Below the pieces are notes generated by a model. That model searched no databases. It was not told where the DNA came from and was given only the letters and a program-made list of their open reading frames with translations. Positions 50,657 to 58,520 of a stretch of DNA of 64,000 bases are shown piece by piece (positions within the stretch are counted from its first letter, which is position 1; every line of letters starts with the position of its first letter). The position numbers were made by a program, and so were the translations under genes. Source of the DNA: Bacteroidota bacterium (GTDB lineage Bacteria > Bacteroidota > Bacteroidia > Cytophagales > Cyclobacteriaceae); assembly GCA_016178785.1 (NCBI GenBank), contig JACOSO010000026.1:145648-209647 (forward strand), read 5' to 3'.

Positions 50657-51058
50657 ATGAACTATTGGCTTGTAAAGACTGAACCTGAAACCTACTCTTT
50701 AGATGATCTTGCACGCGACAAAAAAACCACGTGGGACGGGGTACGCAATTTTCAAGCCCGAAGCAACCTGAAAGGGATGAAAAAGGGCGATCTTGCTTTT
50801 GTGTATCACACTGGAGATGAGAAATCGGTGGTTGGAATAGCCGAAATTACAAAGGAATTTTTCCCAGACCCCAAGGATAAGGAGTGGGCCGCTGTGGAGA
50901 TTGGATACAAAAAGAAATTGAAAAAACCCGTAACGCTGGCCTCAATCAAATCGGAAAAAAAAATGGCAAATATGTACCTGGTGCGCGCTGCCCGACTGTC
51001 CGTTCAATCCGTTACAAAAGAGGAATTTGATTTTGTGATGGCGATGAGTGAAGCATGA
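50657..51058 (+). CDS. EVE (PUA-like) domain protein
   Basis: MNYWLVKTEPETYSLDDL...WDGVRNFQARSNLKGMKKGDLAFVYH is canonical EVE-domain sequence. Confidence 0.8.
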   Translation: MNYWLVKTEPETYSLDDLARDKKTTWDGVRNFQARSNLKGMKKGDLAFVYHTGDEKSVVGIAEITKEFFPDPKDKEWAAVEIGYKKKLKKPVTLASIKSEKKMANMYLVRAARLSVQSVTKEEFDFVMAMSEA

Positions 51059-51141
51059 GACACCTCAGATTACAAATTCCAAATTACAAATTGGAGATTG
51101 CACATTGTGTTTTACTCGGGGTAAAATTTGTAATATGCAAT

Positions 51142-52704
51142 TTGAAATTTGTAATTCTAGTTTTCCTCTCGTTTAACCTTAGCGCTCAAATCTCCCAACC
51201 GGCACGTTATGAGCACGCCCATAAAAACAACGATCATGAATTCATTATTATCTCCATGGGGGAACAAGGTCTTGCCCTTATGCGCGATATAGAAAAATAT
51301 GAAAATGGCAAGAAGGACTGGGAAGTCATTTTTCTAGATTCCGCATTGCAAGAAATTTGGAGTACTAAAATTGCCGTTCAGCAGCGAATGAATATTCTTG
51401 GCCATGAATATCGCGATGGAAATGTTTACCTGGTTTTTCAAGAGCCGGAAAGTGCCGGTCGATCGGTCGGTATTTTTGAGCTCAATTTACGTGATCAACT
51501 GTTTAAAGAGCATTTGTTTAAACCTGAACTGAGTATTCATTTCACTCAATTTTCTGTCCTCAAAACAAAGGCCATTTTTGGTGGGTACATTAATAAAGAA
51601 CCGGCCCTGCTGCAGTACGATCTCAACGAAGAAAAGGCCAGAATCATCCCTGGGGTGTTTCAACCGAATGTAGATTTGGTGGATGTGCGTGTGAATAGCA
51701 ATGAAACTTTTAATATGCTGCTTGTTGAAGGCCGATCGAATAAGTCAAAGAAATTGATTGCGCGAACGTTTGATGCGAATGGCGTGATGCTGGTAGAAGA
51801 TGCGATTGCAATCGAAGAAGGCAAAACTGTACTAGAAGCTATCAGCAGTTCATTGATAAGAGATGAACTGATTATCATCGGCACTTGGACCTACGGTTCA
51901 ACGAAGCAAGCGGCTGGAATTTTTTCAGTAGTGGTAGATCCATTTCATGAACAGAAAGTGAACTACTATGATTTTGCTTTACTCAATCATTTTTTGGACT
52001 ATTTCAAGCCAAAACGTGCAGCCAAAATAAAAGCCAAGGCTGACTGGAGAAGAAGTGTAGGAAAGCCACCCGAATTCCGCGCCTACCTATCGGGGATAAA
52101 AATCGAGGAGACCAAAGACGGATTTAGCTTCTTGGGTGAAGTTTACGAGGCGTCTTACTACAATTCTCGAAATTCTTACCCTTACGGATCCAATCCATAC
52201 TATTCCAATCCTTATGGATTTTATCCTTATGGATTTAGCCCAATGCCATATCGATATTACAATAATCCTTATTACCCAACCCCTTATGGCTCTCCTGCAC
52301 AGGTTGCTGAGATCCGAATGATCAGTTCATCTCTTTTATTTTTTGACACACAAGGAAAATTGGTTTCAGACCAATCCTTAAAATTTCCTGAGATCAAATT
52401 ATCTTCCAAGGAACAGATTTCCGATTTTATTACTCACAATGGATTCACTACTATGGTGAGCAAAGATGAAAAGGAAATTCAGGTGAAGGTCAATGAAAAA
52501 GATGGCACTACCGTGAAAGAAGAAAAAGTGAAACCCGAATTGAAGAACCCAAACGAGACGATCCGTTCTGAAAGTGACGACAACACAGGCATACGAGCTT
52601 GGTTTGGTCAGTATTTCTATGTCTATGGCTATCAGGCCGTGCGCGACAACGTAAAGAAAACTTCACATGATGTTTTTTACATCAACAAAGTCAAAGTGGA
52701 TTAA
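51142..52704 (+). CDS. hypothetical secreted protein, paralog A, with Tyr/Pro/Asn-rich low-complexity segment
   Basis: Probable TTG start giving signal peptide MKFVILVFLSFNLSAQ. An alternative ATG at 51055 would read through a palindromic DNA element. Shares conserved blocks with the next ORF. Low-complexity segment SYPYGSNPYYSNPYGFYPYGFSPMPYRYYNNPYYPTPYG. Confidence 0.5.
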   Translation: MKFVILVFLSFNLSAQISQPARYEHAHKNNDHEFIIISMGEQGLALMRDIEKYENGKKDWEVIFLDSALQEIWSTKIAVQQRMNILGHEYRDGNVYLVFQEPESAGRSVGIFELNLRDQLFKEHLFKPELSIHFTQFSVLKTKAIFGGYINKEPALLQYDLNEEKARIIPGVFQPNVDLVDVRVNSNETFNMLLVEGRSNKSKKLIARTFDANGVMLVEDAIAIEEGKTVLEAISSSLIRDELIIIGTWTYGSTKQAAGIFSVVVDPFHEQKVNYYDFALLNHFLDYFKPKRAAKIKAKADWRRSVGKPPEFRAYLSGIKIEETKDGFSFLGEVYEASYYNSRNSYPYGSNPYYSNPYGFYPYGFSPMPYRYYNNPYYPTPYGSPAQVAEIRMISSSLLFFDTQGKLVSDQSLKFPEIKLSSKEQISDFITHNGFTTMVSKDEKEIQVKVNEKDGTTVKEEKVKPELKNPNETIRSESDDNTGIRAWFGQYFYVYGYQAVRDNVKKTSHDVFYINKVKVD

Positions 52705-54193
52705 TTTTTGGTGGCTTCTTCTTTGTGTTGCCTTTCAAACGCCAGCTCAAGTAACGCAGACAAGGCGATTTGAAATTCCTATTAATCAAGACTTTGAGTC
52801 ATATCAGATTGTTCCATTAGATTCTTCCGGTATAATTCTCTATAGAAATTATACCGGTCCAAAAGAAAATCAGCTTGAGCTCTTGCGCGTAGACACAGCA
52901 TTGAATCAAGTGTGGAAGGGATTCCTGCCCGTGGCTAAAGATTTTTCGTTTGCCAGCGCCAGGGAGAGTGATGGCAAAGTCTATTTTTTTTTCAAAGGAA
53001 CTCCGTTTAATAAAGGCTACCTGGTTTTGGTGGTCAATGTGAAGGATGGGAGTTATTTTTCAATTGCCATAAAAAATCTTATTCCTTTTAATGCGACTGA
53101 GTTTGTGGCAAGCAGGGGGTCTATCCTCATCGGAGGCTATTTTAATTACCGACCCATTGTCTTGCATTATTCGATGAGTACAGCCAAGTCAAGAATACTT
53201 CCGGGATTTTTAAATGAATTGGGTGAGCTTATTCAACTTAAAACGTACAGTAATGGAAATGTGGATGTACTAATAAGCGCAAAAAATTCCTCACGAAGAA
53301 AATGCATTTGGATCAGGCATTTTGACGGCAATGGGGATTTACTGAAAACGATAATCCTCGAACCCGAGGAAAATAAACATTTGATCTTTGGGCGAGCTGC
53401 CAAAATGGTTGACGACAATCAGATTATCGCTGGCGTGTATGGACGAAATTCTGCTTATGTACGTGGCGTTTTCGTAGCTGACGTTAACGTCTATGGAGAA
53501 TACAAAATCCATTATTACAACTTTGCTGACCTTAAAAATTTCTTCCACTACCTGAAAGCCAAACGCGAGAAGCGCATTAAAGATCGAATCGAACGCAGAA
53601 AAATAAAAGGCAAAAAAATAAAGTTTAACTATAGGCTCATGGTGCACGAGCTTATTCCATACAATGACCAATTCATCATGTTGGGCGAAGCCTTCTTTCC
53701 GCGTTATTCAAACCGATCAAGTAGTCCCATGGCCAATAGCAGCTATTCTCCATGGACTTATGGAATGCAAGGCCCTTATTACAGAGTTTATGGCACCGAT
53801 CAGGTATTTGACGGTTACCAGTACACTCATGCTGTGGCAATCGGGTTTGACAAAAACGCTAACTTAATTTGGGACAACAGTTTTGAGATTAACGGAATAA
53901 AAGTGAACCAACTTGAGCAGTTTGTGAAAATCTTTCCAACCAAAGATCACATTGTGCTTGCCTATATTTTCGAAAATGCAATTCGCACTAAAATAATAAA
54001 AGCCGACCAGGTAATAGAAGGAACCGCGCAAAATTCCATAGGCACGAATGACGAAAAAGAGGTCGCTCACACACAAGAAGGAAAACTGGAGTACTGGTAT
54101 GGCAATCATTTTTTTGTTCACGGAGTTCAGCTGGTAAAAAACCAAAATAACACGCGCAGAGTATTTTTTATAACTAAACTTATAGCTCACTAA
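52667..54193 (+). CDS. hypothetical secreted protein, paralog B of preceding gene
   Basis: Signal peptide MMFFTSTKSKWINFWWLLLCVAFQTPAQ. Colinear similarity to paralog A (blocks HYYNFADLKNFFHYLKAKR vs NYYDFALLNHFLDYFKPKR; C-terminal YWYGNHFFVHGVQLV vs AWFGQYFYVYGYQAV). Confidence 0.55.
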   Translation: MMFFTSTKSKWINFWWLLLCVAFQTPAQVTQTRRFEIPINQDFESYQIVPLDSSGIILYRNYTGPKENQLELLRVDTALNQVWKGFLPVAKDFSFASARESDGKVYFFFKGTPFNKGYLVLVVNVKDGSYFSIAIKNLIPFNATEFVASRGSILIGGYFNYRPIVLHYSMSTAKSRILPGFLNELGELIQLKTYSNGNVDVLISAKNSSRRKCIWIRHFDGNGDLLKTIILEPEENKHLIFGRAAKMVDDNQIIAGVYGRNSAYVRGVFVADVNVYGEYKIHYYNFADLKNFFHYLKAKREKRIKDRIERRKIKGKKIKFNYRLMVHELIPYNDQFIMLGEAFFPRYSNRSSSPMANSSYSPWTYGMQGPYYRVYGTDQVFDGYQYTHAVAIGFDKNANLIWDNSFEINGIKVNQLEQFVKIFPTKDHIVLAYIFENAIRTKIIKADQVIEGTAQNSIGTNDEKEVAHTQEGKLEYWYGNHFFVHGVQLVKNQNNTRRVFFITKLIAH

Positions 54194-54205
54194 TATTTTA
54201 TTTGA

Positions 54206-54625
54206 ATGCGGCAAAAATTAAACCTCATCACCCTTGGCGTACGCGATTTCAAAAAATCAGTTGCTTTTTACGAATCGCTTGGATGGAAAAAATCTTCATC
54301 CAGCATGGATGAGCTCGCCTTGTTTCCGCTGGGAGGAATCACAATGGCGCTTTATCCGAGGCAAGAACTAGCTGATGATGCAACCGTTAAAAATACGCTC
54401 ACCGGATTTTCAGGTATTACCCTTTCGTTCAATGCCAAATCAGAAAAGGAAGTGGATGAAGTTCTTGCTGAAGCTGATGCAAAAGGAGCAACGATCATCA
54501 AACCGGCTCAAAAAGTTTTTTGGGGCGGCTACAGCGGTTACTTCAAAGACCCAGACGGCCATTTAATAGAAGTGGCGTACAATCCGTTTTGGAAACTTGA
54601 CGAGAATGATAATTTGATTTTGTAG
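54206..54625 (+). CDS. VOC-family (glyoxalase/bleomycin-resistance fold) protein
   Basis: LNLITLGVRDFKKSVAFYESLGW N-terminus and overall VOC pattern. 139 aa. Confidence 0.75.
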   Translation: MRQKLNLITLGVRDFKKSVAFYESLGWKKSSSSMDELALFPLGGITMALYPRQELADDATVKNTLTGFSGITLSFNAKSEKEVDEVLAEADAKGATIIKPAQKVFWGGYSGYFKDPDGHLIEVAYNPFWKLDENDNLIL

Positions 54626-54639
54626 AATCTATAAGAACT

Positions 54640-55062
54640 TTACTTCACACGAAAATAACTTACCGTCAAAAAACTAAACACCAGGCCGGTAAGGGTAGCC
54701 GGTGGGATAAAGGTGAGAAAGGTCATCACCAGGAAACAGACTCCATAAATGATTATTTCAATGCCAACAATTGCCTTGGCCCAATCTGCGGATGTTTTGT
54801 TTCTAATGATGTATAAGTTGATTAGTGCGCCTAACAAAAAAAGAAGAACAAAGCACGAACTCATCGCCATGTAAAGTTGCCACATGCTTCTATGGATGTT
54901 AGCACCCATATCCATTTCATAATTATGCATTAAGTCGAGCAATAGTCTTTCTGACTCGTTCTGTCCTTGAGGAGCAAAAACCAAACTGACGGAATGAAAT
55001 GCAGCCGTAAGAAATTGAAAACCTGTTGCTATTTTAAGCCACGATGTAACTTTATACGGCAT
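54640..55062 (-). CDS. hypothetical membrane protein
   Basis: 140 aa with 3-4 predicted TM helices. No recognisable domain. Confidence 0.45.
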   Translation of the reverse strand: MPYKVTSWLKIATGFQFLTAAFHSVSLVFAPQGQNESERLLLDLMHNYEMDMGANIHRSMWQLYMAMSSCFVLLFLLGALINLYIIRNKTSADWAKAIVGIEIIIYGVCFLVMTFLTFIPPATLTGLVFSFLTVSYFRVK

Positions 55063-55115
55063 GATCGATCAAAGCTTATAGACTTGATCTTCAATTTATG
55101 AAATATATTTTGAAG

Positions 55116-56282
55116 CTACTTAATTGGAAATCGCTTAAAAGGTTTCGATGCATCAAACAGCTTGCGATAAGTGGCATGACGCTTCACCTCTGCCGCATTG
55201 ATCTGCTCACATGTGCGGATCATCTTCGTATTGAAATCGCCAATCCAGTTTAACTCAAATTCATCATAGCGTTTGTACTGATTCTGATGCACTTCTCGAA
55301 ACGCTTCAATAATTGCTCCGTCTACCCCCTTGCCTTGATGTGTGGGCACAACTCCAAACAAGACCCCAAAAGCTTTCCGGTTGGTCTTAAGCAGGGAATG
55401 CCACAAAAATTTAAGTTTACCAAAGAAATCCAGTTTGCCGTTGACATGCTTGAATATCTGGTTCACTTCAGGCAACGCTAAAAGAAATGCTATGGGCTCA
55501 CCGTTGTAATAGCCAAACCAAATTAACCTTTCATCCATAATGGGTTTCATTTGTTTTACGATCAATTTGGCTTGCTGATCTGTCAGCTCAGGAATTTCCC
55601 CGCGATTAGCCCAGGCTTTATTGTACACTTCCTTGATCTTACCCGCCAATGTGCCCCAATCTTTTTTTGGCAAATACTCAAACTTATATGAAGGATCACT
55701 CGCAACCAGCTTTGCTTTCAGGTAGAGTTTTTCATCGAGTGGTCCGTTAACTTTTCTTCCCAACGTAAGCTGGTAGAAGTAAACCTGAAACCCGTAAGCC
55801 TCAAAAAAATCTTTATAGTAAGGCGGATTGTAATTGCATTGATAATTTGGCTCTCGATCAAACCCTTCAACGAGTAAACCCCACCACCGATCGCGGTTTC
55901 CGAAATTTACAGGGCCATCCATTGCTTCCATTCCTTTTGATTGGAGCCATTGCTTGCATTGATCGAAAAGTAAAAATGCCGCAGATCTGTCATTGATGCA
56001 TTCAAAAAAACCAACTCCTCCCGTTGGCTGATCGTTTCCTTTGTTTACGATTTTGTTGTCGTAAAAAGCTGCGATGCGACCGATCGTTACGCTTGATTCG
56101 TTTTTTAAAATCCATCTGACGCATTCTCCGCTGCGAAATGATTTATTTTTTTCAGGATCAAAGACTGATTCAATCTCCTTATCCAGGGGCCTGATCCATT
56201 GCCGCGAATTTTTATAAAGCTGCAATGGCAACAGCAAAAACTCTTTGCGATCATCTGAGTTGATGACTTCCTTAATCGTCAT
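55116..56282 (-). CDS. hypothetical protein, possible GNAT-fold acyltransferase-like
   Basis: 388 aa. The VVPTHQGKGVDGAII segment resembles the GNAT acetyl-CoA-binding motif (Q/R-x-x-G-x-G/A). Overall family not securely recognised. Confidence 0.4.
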   Translation of the reverse strand: MTIKEVINSDDRKEFLLLPLQLYKNSRQWIRPLDKEIESVFDPEKNKSFRSGECVRWILKNESSVTIGRIAAFYDNKIVNKGNDQPTGGVGFFECINDRSAAFLLFDQCKQWLQSKGMEAMDGPVNFGNRDRWWGLLVEGFDREPNYQCNYNPPYYKDFFEAYGFQVYFYQLTLGRKVNGPLDEKLYLKAKLVASDPSYKFEYLPKKDWGTLAGKIKEVYNKAWANRGEIPELTDQQAKLIVKQMKPIMDERLIWFGYYNGEPIAFLLALPEVNQIFKHVNGKLDFFGKLKFLWHSLLKTNRKAFGVLFGVVPTHQGKGVDGAIIEAFREVHQNQYKRYDEFELNWIGDFNTKMIRTCEQINAAEVKRHATYRKLFDASKPFKRFPIK

Positions 56283-56292
56283 AAAAAATTAA

Positions 56293-57819
56293 TTATTCCG
56301 CGGCCACTGGCATGCGGTTGGGCAAGTTAATAATAAACGTAGTGCCTTCGGTGTACTTGCTATTGACGTTAATTTGGCCATTCAATTTTTCTATGGCATT
56401 CTTCACTATGTACAAACCGAGCCCCGAGCCGTCTGATTGTACGCTTGCACGATAAAACATGTTGAAAATTTTGTCAAGGTTGGCGGGTTCAATGCCAATG
56501 CCGTTGTCGCTGAACATAATACTAGCTTCATCTTCAGTAATGCTCACACGAATGATTATTTCTGAATCTTGTCGGTGAAAATTACGGTACTTGATCGCAT
56601 TGGAAATCAGATTTCTGAAAATTTCTGCCACTCGCCAACTGTCGCTAAAGAACGGAACACCCTCTATGGTTATACCTCTGATAATTTCATCGGCACCTTT
56701 CAGATAATTAAGGTCGGTGAATGTCTGATCGATCATGCTTCTGAAATTGATCTTCTCAATTCTCACATCGAGTTTCAAATTCTTGGAATGACTGAGCACA
56801 TCGGTAATAAAGTGATCAAGCTGCCCAACCTTCACTCCAATTACATTCAAATACTCGGCAGGATTATCATTGTTGCCTGGCATTTGAGCAAGGTTCACCA
56901 GGCCGAGTACAGAAGATAGAGGTGCGCGCAAATCATGTGAAACTTTGTACACAAAATTGTCGAGCTCAATATTGCGCACTTTCAATTCTTCTTCAATTTT
57001 TTTCTGCTCGGTGATGTCAACATAGATCCCAAATATCCCAATGGTTTTATCTTCAAAGTGCACCGGCAGTCCGTACACAATCACGGAGAGAACAGAATCA
57101 TCTTTTCGCTTGCGCTTAGTCTCAATGCGCACCACTTGCTGGGTAGAGATCAGAGAGTTGAGATCATTTCCCTCTGATTCCAGCACATCAGGAACGATAA
57201 ACTGGTTCAATCCCTTTCCCTTTAATTCGGCAAAAGAGTAGCCAAACATTTTTTCAAACCCCGGGTTTACCTGCTCCACATTGCCATCGCTGTCAAGCAT
57301 CACAATCGCCATCGGTGAAACATGGAACAACTGCGTAAAAAGGGTCTCCGACTTTCTTGCGGCCACCCTGCTTTCTTTCTGCTCGGTAATGTCTTTCACG
57401 ATAACCTGAGCCGCAGGTTTATTTTGATAGGTAAATGGATAAGATGAAACTTCAACATCGATCACCTTGCCATCTAACCTTACAAATTTTTCTTCCAGGG
57501 GCGGGGCAGCAAATCCTTTCAGCACTTGCTTGGTTCTTTTAATAACTGCCTCTTTGTAATCTTCATGAACAAAATCAAGCACAGTGAGTCCTATAATGTC
57601 CTCTGGCTTTTGCCCGCCCATCATACGTGCACCTGACTCATTTATAAAAACAACTTTACCTTCCGATAAAACAGCAATACATAATGGTAAATGCTCTACC
57701 AGATCGCGGTAGCGCTGCTCATTTTCACTGATGTCTTCATGAAGTCTTTGCCTAGTGAGGCTGGCCGGGGCCATAGCTTGGGGGTTGACCTTGGGGGTCG
57801 TTTTTCTCTCCATAGGCAA
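56293..57819 (-). CDS. PAS-domain sensor histidine kinase (cytoplasmic, no adjacent response regulator)
   Basis: Two PAS-like regions, H-box SHDLRAPL, HATPase_c (DNGIGI, GSGLGLYIVK). Confidence 0.85.
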   Translation of the reverse strand: MPMERKTTPKVNPQAMAPASLTRQRLHEDISENEQRYRDLVEHLPLCIAVLSEGKVVFINESGARMMGGQKPEDIIGLTVLDFVHEDYKEAVIKRTKQVLKGFAAPPLEEKFVRLDGKVIDVEVSSYPFTYQNKPAAQVIVKDITEQKESRVAARKSETLFTQLFHVSPMAIVMLDSDGNVEQVNPGFEKMFGYSFAELKGKGLNQFIVPDVLESEGNDLNSLISTQQVVRIETKRKRKDDSVLSVIVYGLPVHFEDKTIGIFGIYVDITEQKKIEEELKVRNIELDNFVYKVSHDLRAPLSSVLGLVNLAQMPGNNDNPAEYLNVIGVKVGQLDHFITDVLSHSKNLKLDVRIEKINFRSMIDQTFTDLNYLKGADEIIRGITIEGVPFFSDSWRVAEIFRNLISNAIKYRNFHRQDSEIIIRVSITEDEASIMFSDNGIGIEPANLDKIFNMFYRASVQSDGSGLGLYIVKNAIEKLNGQINVNSKYTEGTTFIINLPNRMPVAAE

Positions 57820-57989
57820 GGATACAAAAGGTGCAATATAGCTGTTTACCGATATTGGTAAGTGAGGTCATTAAAAAAATATTATTACGTAAGGTTTATG
57901 GCAAAAGAATATTATTATGAATTAAACGCTTTATAAGGAATTTTCTTTTTAAAAGACCGATCGATGAACTTTGGGTAAAACGCACTTAA

Positions 57990-58121
57990 ATGAAAGCTTT
58001 AAAGATCATTGGAATAGCTTTGGTCGCCATCATAATTGTCTTTTTGCCCGTTGGATTGATCGTGCCCTCATATGAATACCAATCTTCTATTCAGGTTAAT
58101 GCAAGCCTGGGAAATTGTTAA
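57990..58121 (+). CDS. small (43 aa) single-TM ORF upstream of padR, speculative
   Basis: atg...taa ORF encoding MKALKIIGIALVAIIIVFLPVGLIVPSYEYQSSIQVNASLGNC, below the 60-aa ORF-track cut-off. No other support. Confidence 0.25.
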   Translation: MKALKIIGIALVAIIIVFLPVGLIVPSYEYQSSIQVNASLGNC

Positions 58122-58190
58122 GTTTATTTTTTCTGAAAAATAGAAACATATTGACTCTATTCCCCGTGTAAAGCAATCAACCGTACTTTT

Positions 58191-58520
58191 ATGATAGGAT
58201 ACATAGGTGAATTTGAGGAACTCGTTCTTCTCTCAGTGGCCAGCCTGCATGGCAATGCATATGGCGTAACGATCAAAGAAGTGATTGAAAAGCAAACCAA
58301 TCGCAGCATAAGTATCGGTGCACTCCATTCTACTATTACCAGGCTAGAGGAAAAGGGCTTTTTAAAATCATGGCTCGGGGAGCCGACACAAGAGCGTGGA
58401 GGCAGGCGCAAACGTCATTTCGAAGTTACACATCAGGGTAAGGTCGCATTGCATGAAATAAAATCTTTGCGCGATGATCTCTGGAAACTTTCTAAAGCAT
58501 CGCTCTCACTTTCCAAATGA
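58191..58520 (+). CDS. PadR family transcriptional regulator
   Basis: Winged-HTH PadR signature (LVLLSVASLHGNAYGVTIKEVI...IGALHSTITRLEEKGFL). Confidence 0.85.
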   Translation: MIGYIGEFEELVLLSVASLHGNAYGVTIKEVIEKQTNRSISIGALHSTITRLEEKGFLKSWLGEPTQERGGRRKRHFEVTHQGKVALHEIKSLRDDLWKLSKASLSLSK

